From the IMG/VR virus record IMGVR_UViG_3300031963_000091: DNA of 64,000 nt, one strand, 5' to 3'. Positions 32,801 to 44,500 of this stretch are shown one piece after another. The notes under the pieces are model-generated. The model worked only from the letters and a program-made list of their open reading frames with translations. It ran no database searches and had not been told where the DNA came from. This DNA is from an uncultured virus (IMG/VR IMGVR_UViG_3300031963_000091) (Duplodnaviria; Heunggongvirae; Uroviricota; Caudoviricetes). Each line of letters begins with the position of its first letter. Within the stretch, counting starts at the first letter, position 1. Position numbers and translations under genes: made by a program.

Positions 32801-33966
32801 AAAGATGTTTCAACAGATGCTTTATCTCTTGGTTTCTCAACATCCAAAATGGTGGTTGCTTGTTTTTCAATGTCAAATCCCCTAACATACGCTCTACCTG
32901 GGGAAACTTTAACAGACATTAAATTGTCACTTGGAGTATTTCCAGAATCTGTCGTTTGATTTGACAAATAAATTCCTTCATTTGAAATACCATCATTTAA
33001 TGAATTTGCTACTTGAATATTAAATTTATCTACAGCATAATCACCAGATTCTTCATAAGTTCTTTTAGCAAAATAATCTTTGATAATTGAATACTCTGAT
33101 TTATTTTGTAATTTCTTAATTTCTCCACCATCAAGACGAATTAGTTCAACAAAACTTTTATCATTAAAATCTGTTAATGGTTTTTTTGATAAAACTGTTG
33201 AGATTTTTAGTCTATCTGCTCCAGGAGCAGCAAAGTTTGAAAATCCTCTTGCGTTGTCATATAGACTTGAATCATCTTTTGCCGTAACGATTTCTTCTAA
33301 AATATTCAATCCAACTCTATATGATGGAGTATTTGAATATGGATCAAGTACAATTTTATCAGTTGCTACATCTACAAAAGTTCCTCTAATAAAATAAACA
33401 CCTTGTGATATTCCAACTGCACATCCAATCGCAGATGCGTTCAGTGATACTAGAGTTGCTACAGTATCTCCAGCATTAATAGATGTATTGCCATATACAA
33501 AAGAATCTTCAGTTATTAATATTTCACCATCATTTAGGGTTTTTACAACATTATCAGATCCAGAATTTAAATACTTAATAAAGAGAGTCAAGTCAGTAAT
33601 TTCTGTTGATTCAGCAGCAAGAGCGTAATTATCAACAACTACAGTAATTCCAGAATCTTGTCCTGTAAGTCTCTTCCCTACTAAATTTTCAACATACAGT
33701 GATACTGGAATTCCTAAATGATCACTATTTAATCTGATAGAATAATATTCGGAATCATAATTAATATTTCCAGGGATCACCATAGATCCCTCTTTGAATA
33801 TATGACTTCCGAACGACTCTATTTGATTCTGTAATATTGACTGTAAAGTCGTTAATTCTCTAGCCTGTACTGGATATCCTGGTTTAAATAAAACCTTATA
33901 AAAATTATTATCCTTATCAAAATCGTCGTAATAAGGATTTATATTTAAATTAGTTTTCTGTGGCAT
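26887..33966 (-). CDS. Giant virion structural protein (DUF4815/VrlC-like baseplate/tail component), 2359 aa
   Basis: MPQKTNLNINPYYDDFD...KVLFKPGYPVQARELTTLQSILQNQ; DPLAQTF; C-terminal DLRAIALA; directly downstream of g8. Confidence 0.88.
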   Translation of the reverse strand: MPQKTNLNINPYYDDFDKDNNFYKVLFKPGYPVQARELTTLQSILQNQIESFGSHIFKEGSMVIPGNINYDSEYYSIRLNSDHLGIPVSLYVENLVGKRLTGQDSGITVVVDNYALAAESTEITDLTLFIKYLNSGSDNVVKTLNDGEILITEDSFVYGNTSINAGDTVATLVSLNASAIGCAVGISQGVYFIRGTFVDVATDKIVLDPYSNTPSYRVGLNILEEIVTAKDDSSLYDNARGFSNFAAPGADRLKISTVLSKKPLTDFNDKSFVELIRLDGGEIKKLQNKSEYSIIKDYFAKRTYEESGDYAVDKFNIQVANSLNDGISNEGIYLSNQTTDSGNTPSDNLMSVKVSPGRAYVRGFDIEKQATTILDVEKPRDKASVETSLVPFEMGNLLRVNNVTGTPFVGINTNNNTVSFYNQRKASEASGTGTEIGQARVYSFSLSDAPYSNDGTEWELYLFDVQTYTKLTLNQSLNSSQCPASSFIRGVSSGASGYVVTDASGTELTLTQTSGSFIAGEQILINETSEYTRSINSVKVYGTQDVKSIFQNSTSVSSGIKTSFVADAVLQRSVPYGFNITDRLTITGGTGAGTVTCPGKNFLGIRSDSIIRYQVSGLTTETYNRVVSVSSDGLTMTVAGVSSVFGVCNGGLPSTNQSVTFSIGVPNISDNESSGLYAPLDASNISDVSLANSNLLVTSQLRELSTDSIGSLSLDITSTGISSAFFETFDAERYSVHYSNGDIEDLTSDQFVLNSNGSQVVLSGLRTSQSSNVTVNTTVRKNLIRNKQKDFIRSQKVIIDKSVSGISTALSGLSTSQFYGLRVQDKEISLNVPDVVNVVGIFESLDTSNPTLDKLTFVSGLSLDTNSILGERIVGSTSGAIAQLATRSSSTEVEICYLTPQTFSVGETVTFEESNIVSNIQSITVGNYLNITNRFELDKGQKEQYYDYSKIVRKINFPEPTRKLLVVYNYYTVPANDLGDLYTVESYDQERFTKDIPILRNNLRSSDTLDFRPRVSAFTSTTSSPFAFSSRTFGTSGNNPSLVVTPNESSLVGYSYYLPRIDKIVLDTLGNFSLIKGVSSLDPKEPTNVESAMDIATIRLPAYLYNPDDAVITLVDNRRYTMRDIGKLDDRITNLEVVTSLSLLELDTKTLQIQDADGLSRFKSGFFVDDFKNNNLLDILNPDCKCDVDVNNQELNTPLDFYSLKPELSLLPSINTETADFSANLELLDSNVRKTGDLVTLDYEETGWIEQPLASRVENVNPFNMIEFIGRVELSPASDNWVRNIFVSGGERTITGDFDGSYVETIKISSEPDTHIRSRNVAFGAGGLKPITRYYPFFDSTSGIDIIPKLLEVSMTSGIFQNGETVDGFIGGTRVITFRTCQPNHKTGDINNPATTFNANPYNTSISLPTSYSASSTVLNVDVSSLSEEAQGRFSGYLTIGTVLVGRTSGAQASVSNIRLVSDTFGDLGGAFFFRDPLASPPPTLRFRTGTKTFKLTSSSTNATPLPGSLLISSGETSYSTSGIVDTFRQTTVIVRRPPPPPPTPPQNRGGGKDPLAQTFTVDETGAFLTSLDLFFASKDENEKVTVELRTVELGTPTDQLVQDFARVTLEPNQVNTSTDGSVATRVTFPSPVYLQPGEEYAIVILSPSSNNYETWIARMGERTVNTQNLPDAESVVVTKQYLGGSLFKSQNGTIWTPSQFEDLKFKLYKAQFTQNLGTVYFYNPKLGTRNSQTPRLLPNPIKTLPRKLKVGITTTTTLGSILNPGRKVGEGSSSGPYGYIEKTGSKISALSLSNTGVGYSNGTFTGVPFYSITGNGTGAVGVVTISSNIISSVSITTPGNGYSIGDVLGITTSSVVKGTSGKITVSNTDGIDTLYLTNVQGEEFTDGQDLIYYEGTTAVSLANTDIRGSSSIISNLYDGRVIEVDHYNHGMTADNNKVTLADIEPSGAPILLTADLALDASIISVASTTPFGTFEGISTSSGYLKVNNEIIYYNSIGSGTLGIGTRGIDGSSIRTHGVNDLCYKYELNGVSLTKINTTHDMPTDSALKAAKNIDKYYLQIDRSNRPSGDSQLSFTDERSLGGMDVFASQNFQYNAVIPQFNVITPGETTSVSAQLRSVSGTSAGGSELSFIDQGYEPVELNQINRLSSTRLVCSEINETTRLTDLPKNRSTTLAVQFSSQDPNLSPVLDTQNGVLILERNRLNSPVSNYSTDSRVNLISGDPHSAIYISNRVDLKQPATSLKVLVSAYRHSSADFRVLYRLFRPDSSEVEQTYELFPGYDNLKDLDGDGFGETVIDSTKNSGRADAFVVSSRDDQFLEYQFSVDNLDKFTGFVIKIVYSGTNEAYAPRFKDLRAIALA

Positions 33967-33969
33967 TTT

Positions 33970-35520
33970 TTAGAATTCCAGGATAATTTTAACGTCTTCT
34001 TTTTGTCTAGAATTTCTCGTAATCAGTGGTCTATTATCTAGGTAAATAATTTCACCTGACCCTTTATTTATCTCGGGACTTGACAATCCATTTGTAAATT
34101 GACTGCCAAGATTTATAATTTTATTTCCTGTTGGATTTGTTGTAATTCCAGTAAATCCAGTATCAATTGAACCAGAGAAACCACCTGAAGTAGTGACTGG
34201 ATTTGCAGAAGAAGCAAAATCTAGAACTTTTGAACTTGTTGAGACTCCAACATAATCTTTTTGATCTAATGTTGTCTGATTAAAGTATAAAGATCTATCT
34301 CTATAATATTTAAGTACTTTAGTCTCCGAATCATATGATGCGACATATCCGTGAGCAGATCCTCCAGTTACAGACTGACTGATCTTATCACCAATACTAA
34401 CTGTTCCAGAAACTGAAGAAAACTTGATTGAATATAGCGAAGAAAACTGGTTTTCTGTAAATACAGAAGTTGATCCAATTGAAGTTGGATTTTTTAGAAT
34501 ACCAATTTGAGAGAATTTTGTATCAGTTGGAAAATCTTTGGTAGAATCATCAAATCTCGCATAAATTAAAATTTTGTCCGTTCCCAATTCTTTATATAAA
34601 TCATATCCATGACCTTTTGAAGGTGGGATAATTGGGATTAATTTGGCAAAATCACTAGTGGCGTTTGCGTTTATTGATCCAAGATCAACTATTCCATAGG
34701 TGTAATTTTTTCCACCAGAAGAAACAACGGCATTAGTAATCTTTCCACTTACAACATCCAAAGATACCTTTCCACCAGTACCATCACCCAATATACTTAC
34801 TTCCTGCCCAAGACCTCCAGAATAACCACTTCCTCTATTTTCAATATAAACTTTTTTAATTTGGTTATTATTTACCGTTGAATCCCCATTTTCTCTAACA
34901 GACTGAATTTGAGAATCGGTTGATGTTGACCAATTATTTGGAACAGAAATATACTCTGTTGAATCAAATTTAATTATATCGCTTGGAGACACGGTGAATA
35001 AGTATTTCCAGATATACCCATCACCACTTTCTCCAGCTCTAGATGGTTCTAAATCTGTAAATGTTGGTTCATCTTGGGAAGCGTTTCCAGTAGTGCTAAT
35101 TCCAGATGAACCATTATCAATACAGATATAAACATTATAATTACTATTCATTACATAGTAATTTGCGTCATAAAGTCTGGAAGACTGTGTGATTGGTGAT
35201 GGGGATGTAACACTATAATCGTGGCGATACATCTCATATCTAGTTCCTTGAGCCCAATCAATTCTTCTTACCAATCTCCTAACATTGACGCTAGTGACCC
35301 TTTTTCCAAAGATCATAGTGTCAGAAACATGACTAATATTATTAAAATTGTCTACAGGACTTGGGGTGTTTGTGTTCCAATCAGCAGTTCTACCAAATCC
35401 AACTTGAGTAGGGTTTGAAAGACCTAAAAATACATAATATGAATTTGAAGAGCTTTCTATATTCTCTACAAAATTATTCGCATTAAGTATTCTAAACTGA
35501 TCTGTTACAATGGCAGACAT
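33970..35520 (-). CDS. g8: Baseplate wedge protein gp8
   Basis: MSAIVTDQFRILNA, VYICIDN, DGYIWKYLF and RQKEDVKIILEF; late promoter at 35539-35546. Confidence 0.93.
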   Translation of the reverse strand: MSAIVTDQFRILNANNFVENIESSSNSYYVFLGLSNPTQVGFGRTADWNTNTPSPVDNFNNISHVSDTMIFGKRVTSVNVRRLVRRIDWAQGTRYEMYRHDYSVTSPSPITQSSRLYDANYYVMNSNYNVYICIDNGSSGISTTGNASQDEPTFTDLEPSRAGESGDGYIWKYLFTVSPSDIIKFDSTEYISVPNNWSTSTDSQIQSVRENGDSTVNNNQIKKVYIENRGSGYSGGLGQEVSILGDGTGGKVSLDVVSGKITNAVVSSGGKNYTYGIVDLGSINANATSDFAKLIPIIPPSKGHGYDLYKELGTDKILIYARFDDSTKDFPTDTKFSQIGILKNPTSIGSTSVFTENQFSSLYSIKFSSVSGTVSIGDKISQSVTGGSAHGYVASYDSETKVLKYYRDRSLYFNQTTLDQKDYVGVSTSSKVLDFASSANPVTTSGGFSGSIDTGFTGITTNPTGNKIINLGSQFTNGLSSPEINKGSGEIIYLDNRPLITRNSRQKEDVKIILEF

Positions 35521-35546
35521 ATTATTAGCTTTTTCCTATATTTATA

Positions 35547-38500
35547 CTACCCAAGATCCTTTCTCAAAGCACCACTGTCTCTCAAACCATAATCCCTTCT
35601 TTGTATTGATGGAAAGGTAGATAAACCAGAGTCAATTGTAAACCCTGTAACACCAATAGAAATTGGTGAAGTTGATCTTGTAAATCCAGATAATCTTCCC
35701 CAAGAAAACTTACCAATTGGTTGAGAAGTGCTTCCAGAAGTATTGATGCCAATAATATTTGATCCAGAATTTACATTAGTTACAATTTCAGAATTAGATC
35801 CACTTGATGTAATTGAGTGAATATAGTACACATTATCCAGGAATGTTGTTCCGATTCCAACGGTGTCTGAATTGCTACTATCAATAGAAGTAACTCCAGT
35901 TCCGACAGAAGTGTCAAAAATGTACAGTGGATATCCAGTCTCTAATCCAACAAAAGAAGATGAATTTAAATAGAATTTGAGTGCTAGAGGATTACCTAAA
36001 GTACCGGTTGTAGTTGTAATTCCAGTAACGATACCAGAGAAACCTTCAACAGATGTGATTGAATTTATATCTTCTTTAATTGGAGATGGTAGTGGAGCAA
36101 GAACTTGTGGTGGGGCACTTTGAGTATATCCAAATCCAGGATTTACGATTGTGGTTGAAGTAACCTGACCATTTGTCAACGTAGCTGTTGCAGTAGCAGT
36201 TGTTCCAACACCAACACCAATAGACTGTGGAGAAGATATTGAAATGGTTATTGATGATCCAGAATATCCACTACCCGAGTTTGTAATACTTAAGGATTGA
36301 ATTGTTCCAGCGGAAGAAACCACTGCGGTAAATCCAGCAGCAACTGGAGATGATCCAGAAACTATTAGTCCACCAACGCTAGAAATAACCAAGGCAGAAT
36401 TATTCTCTTCATAATTAAAGAATTGGGCATCATCTACAAATAATTGAGTATCTGATGTTGATAGATTTTTAATTATTCTACTAGTTGGATAAACTAAAGA
36501 CTCAATTGAATCTCTAGACTTATAGACAAGTTCCCCATTAATTACTTTATCAATTTTTTGTTTTGTCCAACTTAATGGTTTGAAGTTTACTTCATCAATG
36601 CCTTGATCAATATATAAATTTGTTTCTACTTTATCTGATGTTGTAATATTATAAATTGTTCTAACATTTTGATCTATTGTTCCAGAATAATTGTTATTTT
36701 TAAGAACCTGAACCAAATCACCAGTTTTAATAGTCTCATTTACTGATACTGTCAAACTATCAGTTCCAGATGTTCCTTTATAGAAAAATACAGAGATATT
36801 ATCCTCTGGTTCTGGTGCTACGGCAAATGTAAATGATGTACCACCTTCAAACTGATAAGACTCTCCAGGTGTTTGAAGAACTCCATTTACAAATATCAAT
36901 AATAGAGAATTAAGATCTATTAGAGAAGAATCTGGATTGTTTGGATCTGTCTCAAAACTCAATAACTGACCATTATAACTTAATGGGAATCTAGTTCTAA
37001 TGCCATTTTGTAAGTCTGTAATTGGATCTATAAAATCAAATTCTCCAAATTCCCATGATGTCAACTTATCAGTAAATACATCTAGTACTGTTAATTCAAA
37101 ATTACTTAATGGAGATGCTAAATTTCTATCGGTAACAAGTCCAACAGGTGTAAATACATCTCCAACCTTAAATTGATATCCAGGTCTATTAATACTAAAT
37201 GATGTTACTTCAAACAAAGTTGATCCTATTCCTGTTGTAGTGCTGGATCCAACATCAACAGAAAGTAGTAGACCAGATCCTGTTTCAGTAGTAGATCCAA
37301 TACCAAGTCTTGACACACCAGTTACCTCAAGATTTTGGTATGATGGTGCAGAAACAAATATACTTGGATTTGTATATCCAGTTCCAGCAGATCCAACAGT
37401 AAATGCTAGTGTTCCACCAGCACCAACAATTGCTGTTATAGAGGCAACATCACCAATATGACCACTTTCATGAACAGAAACGCCTATTGATACAAGTCCA
37501 TTGTATCCAGATCCAATTATATCAGTAGTTCCTAGACCAACAGACACAATAGAACCACCAGCACCCACTACAGCAGTCACAGCAGCACCTACAAGAGGAG
37601 CGATACCTAGTCCACCAGTAGATCCCAGAGAAACAATTACACCACCTCTTGGAAGTTGGTTTTGATTAATATCAGAAGTGCTCTTAACAAGTGATCCATT
37701 GGATGAAGTAATGCCAGTGAAAACAACACTAGAAATACCAATATTTTCAATGAATGAATAGTTATTTCCTGTATTATTTGATGATGATGGTTTTTGGAAT
37801 ATTCCATTCAATACTAGAATTCCACTTCCAGTTTGTATTCCAGTTGTATTGATACCCTGAACAGTAACTGTATATGTTTGGCCAATTCCAGTAAATCTGT
37901 CGGATATGTCATCAAAAATTCTATTATTGGTATAGTCATTTCTTAAATAGACTCTTCCATCAAAGCTTGATCTAATAAAGTCTAGATTGGAAGAATCTTT
38001 TAATGATGTATTTGTTCCTTTAGGAGCATCTGTAAAGTAAATGTTGCTACCAACAATATTAAAAGATCCAGAGTAAATTCTTACTTCGGTTCCATCGGTA
38101 TGAGTTGTTGAAGATGATCCGACAAATCCTCTAGATACTTCTAATAGTGGTACAGATCCAGATCCAGTTATAGGTCCAACGGAGGTTGTTCCTACACCAA
38201 CAGATACAACCTTCATATATTCATCATCTACTTTTAAGATATCAGTTGGAGTGATTGAAGATATTCCAGAAACACCAAAGATAGTAGAAGATGCTGTTAT
38301 TTGTCCACCATTATTATTCAAAGTTGTGTTTATTGGTGTGTATGATAGTGGTGATTGGATAATACCGTCAATGTCAATTAAACTCTTTTCAAGTTTTTTG
38401 TACATCTCAAGTTCATGAGAATTTCCAGACCCTAAAGTGGTAAATGTTACATAAATTCCTGCGGAAGCAAAATCACTCCTAGTAGAAAGTCTAAATTTAT

Positions 38501-41500
38501 CTTTGTTAATTCTTATTGCATAAACATCTTCTGGTAAAATATTGGTAACAATTCCCACAGAATTTTGTGTTGATCCAATACCAACAGAAGAAGCGGCAAC
38601 ACCGACAAAGGTTGAATTTGCGGTATAAATTAGTCTTTCTCCAGTATTAAAGAAATGATCCTTAATCGTAAATATTCCAGTTGATGGATCTAAAACAGAA
38701 GTATTTGATGGGTTGAATTTCTTTTCAAAGATAGGAACTCCACCATGCTTAAGTTCAAAAACTGTTTTATTAGATCTATTTCCATTAATTGCGTTATATT
38801 GTACAAAAGATAGAGATTCTGTTACAGAACCATACAATAGATCTGGTGCTGGATTTACTAAATCACTTTCTGTGTAAATTACTTCACTAAAAGTTTGAAT
38901 TTGTAAAGTATCAGTGATTGAAGCATCTGGATGGAACAATAAGTTAAAGTTTGATCCATTATATTCGGTAGAGAAAGTTCCAATCCCAGAAGTGCTTCCG
39001 ATTGATACAAATGGATATTGTGTGCTATATGTGTTTTCACCATTATGCATCATCAAGACTTGATGTATAGCACTTGTTGCCCCATATGATACTCTTATCA
39101 AGTTTTTGACAGAGGTAACTTCGGATGTACTAAATCCAACTATGGTTGAAGCAGAGGAAACATTTACATAATTTGACTCTAATTTCAAAGATCTTTCTGT
39201 GCCATCAATTTGTGATGCCTCTTTAAATCTGTATGTTCCAATTCCAGATGCAGTTGTCCCAAAACCAACAATTTTTGATCTTAATAAAATTTCATCAGAT
39301 GTATTATTTTCATAATTTAAATACAAAATTCCACTATTAATTAAAGATGTAAAAGTTCCTATAAAGTTTGAAGAATATCCAGACTCTGATTCAGTATCAA
39401 TATAATAATCAGAGAAGTATGAATTTGTCCCATCATGAGAAATATACAATTCAACAAAATTCTTTTCTAAAGTAGAATTATTGACAACTTCAACAGAAGC
39501 AAAATATGAATCAGTATTTGAAATATTATCTGATATCAATTCAGAAGTTTGACCAGAACTTACAACTCTATTAACACCAGTTAGATCTACAAATCCAATG
39601 CTTTGTGTAGAAATTCCGGCAAGATCTGTATTAAAAGTATTTTTGAATACTTTTATGTCATAATCATCTTCATATGGATCTGCTGGACTAAATCTCAATG
39701 AGGTATTGCCAAATTCATCAATATTTGATGCGACTTCAACTAATTGTTGTGATGTATTGTATAATTTAGATTTTTCAAAAGTAAATGCATTATTAGAATC
39801 TTTAAGAAGAACTAGTTCAGAAACTTGTAAGTCATTATTATTTGGATTTTTTATTTGAACAATAAATCTAGAGTATTGCTCATCAATGAACAAGTCAGAA
39901 TACTCATTTAGTGATGATAGTGAATTTGAAAACTGTGAACTTATATCATCTATTTTTAGAACTCTATTTGTTTTACACTGAATATAATCAGATAACTTTT
40001 TATTCTTTAACTTCAAAAACTTGGATTTGGTTGAACTATTTGTTATAGTGTCAACATCAATGGTCAAATCATAATCATTAATTGTATCAACTCTTTTTTC
40101 TTCAAAAATATCAAAAATACTGATACTATCAATAGTTGAAGATGCTATAGAAACAGTAGACGATGAAGTAACTTCAGTGTCGGCAAAATTCTTTAATCCA
40201 CTTGTGTGAAGCAAACGATTGACTGGATTAATAAGAGTTTCAAACTCAATAGGACTTTTTATTGTGTACGATAATGATTGGTAATAATCATTGTCTGGTA
40301 AAAGTTGATAATCCTCATCTAGTTTTCCAGTATTATCTGACCATCCATAGTCTTGTCTTACAGAATAATTTACATTAAATCTTCCGAAATTATCTACAAC
40401 ATCATTAATAGTTGCTGTCGATCCACTGATGGATCCCTTTATAATTTCATTTAAAGTTAATTGATAATTACCACTAATCTTGATATAATCATCACTACTT
40501 TCCGTAATAAACAAATCAATAACTACATACTGACCATTTGTTAAAGAAAGAAGTTGTTCACCAACTTGGAACAGTGAAGATCTTTGTATTGTTTTAAACC
40601 TTGGATAATCATCATATTTTACAATGGAAGCATATGAGTTTTGAGACGTTTTGGCTATTCCAGCATTGGTTGTAATTCCAGATAAGTTAAACTCAACTTC
40701 TGCTGGATTGGTATTTCTATAGGCAGAAACGGTGAAGAATTGGTATTCGTGATCTGGTGAATTAAATCCTTCTCCAGTAGATCCATATTTCTGAATACCC
40801 TCAACAAATATTTTTTCACCAACAGAAAATACTGATGTGCTAAATCCGGAAATTGGAGTTACAAGCACACATGTGACAATACCAGTAGATGATGATTGTA
40901 CAGTGTTAATTGTTGTACCATTGCTATTATTGATAGCAATAATTGACTGCTCTACAGAAGTTAATCCCTTTGGCGATTGTACTATGTCAACCGATGATAT
41001 TGAAGTTCCATTTAGATTGGAATTAACTATTCCAGTAATAACTTGTTGACCAGTTTGTGGATTGACAATAATCAAATCTGGTGCTGTTGTGTAGTTTCTA
41101 CCTCCAGATAATACTTCAATATTAACAATCTCATTAGAATCTACAAGAGAAACAACTGGAGAAATAAATGCTTCTGGTCTCAAGGTCTTATCAGAAGAAT
41201 ATTCAAATCCAGGATCAATTATTCTAACATCATCAATTCTATTAATATTTGCTGATTTTGGTAAAATTTTAGCATTAATACCCTGAGTAGATGCTATACT
41301 TACAAAAGTTGGTAATTTTTTATATCCAAAACCGCCAAAAGTTATTTGAAGAGAATCAACACCACCTCTAGCAGTTAAGGAATTTGTAGAATATTTTAGA
41401 ACTTCAGTATTTGATGTATTATATTCTAAAGATTCTGGAATCTCTTTTAGAGATATATTAAATGTTGTTGTTCCAACTCCAAAAACATTATATTTGTTTT

Positions 41501-44500
41501 TATAAACACTATCAATATATGATATTTGAGAGTGATTAACCACATCAGTATCAGATGTACTAATATAACCCGCCTTTTCTAAAGTGTAGAATAGATTTGT
41601 TGGATTATTTGAAGAATAATTTAATGTTAATGTCGCATTCGTTGAAACTCCTACTGTTCCTACTCCAGAAACTAGGAATGTTTCTGTAGATCCTGTAGAT
41701 ACAAATTCATTATTGAATTTTGAGTCATAGAATAATTTGAATTTATATCCAGACAGAGAAGAATCTGAAAGATCAAAAACAAGATTATTGTTTCTTACAA
41801 CTGATATTTCTGGATTTATCAATGATAGTTGGTGGTTAGATCCACCAGTTGATCCAAGACTGACAATAGTTGGTGGATACTTAACTGCATCCGAATAAGT
41901 TTCTGTCAGTTTAATATTATTAGAGTCTATTCTATAAACAAAATACTCACCCGTACTTAATCCACTAGAAACTAAATTAGAGTCATAAAAGACTTTATCG
42001 CCAGTTTTTAACCTGTGTGCATTTATTGTAATTTCATTGTTCGTTAAATCTACAGATGAAGATGAAAACCCTACAGGATCTATTAAAATTTGATTTCTTA
42101 ATTGATTATATACTACTTTTACGGAACCAGAAGTTCCAATTCCAACTGATTGGTCTGGATTTACTTGGAGATTTATTTCATCACCATTTACCAAAGAGTG
42201 AGCGGTTGAAACAGATACTGTAGTAGTAATTTTTTGTGCTGTTCCAGTTACCTGTGTGAAATTAGATTCAAACAAATAATCAAATAAATCTGATCCGTTA
42301 TTGACAAAAAACAGACCGTTAGATGATGTTGTCAATCCAACTTGAGTTACAATGCCAATATAATCTTTTGATTTATTAATTACATAAACTGTTTGAGAAT
42401 TTCCAGTATCTGGTAAATTAAAAGTAGAACCTCCAGAAGAATTAGATACTGTTAGAGCTACTCCAGCTGCTGGTTTTGTAAAAGTTATTGCCTGATTCGT
42501 TTTGAATGGGTGGTTTGGTAGATATATGCTTTGAGAAGGTATTGAAATTACCTCTAAAATTTCACCTTTAGTGTAATTAACTGAAGTTCCTACACCAACA
42601 ACTGTGCCAACACCAACAGATTCATTTGGATTAAAGTAAAACTTATCATTAACTTTAGAATCAAAATAGTCTGATTCTACTGGTAGTGTTATGTAACTTG
42701 GAATTAAATCAACAAAAGTTGATGCTGTGTGTGCCGATCCAGTTACACCCCTCTTTACTCTTAAAATACTTCTATCACTAAATCTGTTTAAAACCAAAAG
42801 TCTTTCAGTTCCAATACCAATACTACTTCCAATTGAAATAGAATTTGGAATAGATGAAACATAAATGTCAGTTACAACTCCAGCGGTTGCATTCGCAGAT
42901 ATTTCTTTATAGACAACAGTTCTTACAGTGTTAACCCCAACAACATGAGATCCAGTTAATGCTCTTATCTCTGTCGATAATCCAGATACAACAACACTAT
43001 CTGCGTTATTAAAAGTATGTGATGTTGAAATATAGGCTGAAATCTGCTTTGAGTTGTCCCAAACAAAAACTACACCATTGTATTCTTTAATTGATGTTTG
43101 AAGATTTGTTATAGATTTTCCAGTGATGGTTTTAACATAAGCACTTAATCCACCACCACTAGTTCCATCATTGTCAAATTCAACAGAATCTCCGATTTTG
43201 TAATCACTTCCTGGTTCTACAATTTGGAACGAATCAACAGATCCTTTGGTTACTGAATCAACAACGGCTGTCTGATCAACATATTCATTTGACTCAATAA
43301 TAAAATCATTATCAGCATACAAGTCTGCTACTTTATATGGAAAAGTATTTCTAATTAAGTTTGAATTATTAAAGTCAAAAGAGGATTGGTTTATTTCAAA
43401 ATTTTCTTGAATTGGATTTGATCTGTAGGTATTTCCAATAAAATATGGATATTTTGGATCTAACTTTCCAGAAGATGGGTTTGTATTTACACCGACAAAG
43501 TATGCATATGTTCCCTCTGGATAATCTGGAGTTTTACAATATCTACCGTTATTTTCATCCAAGTCCCCAGAATTTGTAAATTTATAGTCGTCTACAAAAA
43601 ATCCTATACTAAATCCAGAAGGTCTATTCTCTATATTTGATGAACTAGAAGTATATCCAGTTTGTAGTAAAGTAATTCCAGAATTTTCGTCAGATGGATT
43701 ACTATATCCATATGGTCCATATATTGGATTACCGTCATATGCCCATCCAATTATTGGAGAGTGATTTAAACCACTGTCACCAAAATAATTTTTACCTATG
43801 TTAGTTGAGTATCCAACAACAGAATATTCTAAATTATTTTCAGTATCTACAAAAAGATCTGATCCATATCTTTCAAAATTGTTTATTGATAATCCTCTGA
43901 TTTTTGGTTCAATAATTGCTCCAGATCCTGGAGGTGTAATTTGAATAGTTGTTTTATCAGTAGTGTAGTTTACACCAGAATTTAATACTATAACTTCGGA
44001 AATATACCCATTTGACACGATTGCTCTTAATTTTGCTCCAACACCATCACCATTTACTTTTAAATCTGGAGCAGCATTATATTCAGAACCTTTACTCTGT
44101 ATCTCTACAGATGATATTCTACCATTGACGATAATGGGTTTTAATTGAGCATTTTTACCATTTTTTATGGTAAGTGTTGGTGTTTTTTCAAGATTTAATA
44201 TATCAGACCCATACCCACTACCACCTTCATATACATAAGCATCTATTATTGATCCACGAACGATAGGTGTTGCTGTAATAACTCCTGTTGTTCCCGAATA
44301 TTCTACATTGATGTTTACTTGTATCTGTGGGTACTCAAAATTATGATATCCAGATCCAACAGAACTGAAGTGAACATAATTTTTTCTAATATAATTTGAA
44401 GTTATAGTTCCACCTATGCCAGCATCAGCAAGTCTAAATGAATTGTTATCAACTTTAATAACATAGTATTGTCTAGTTGTTGTTAAACCACTGATAGTAG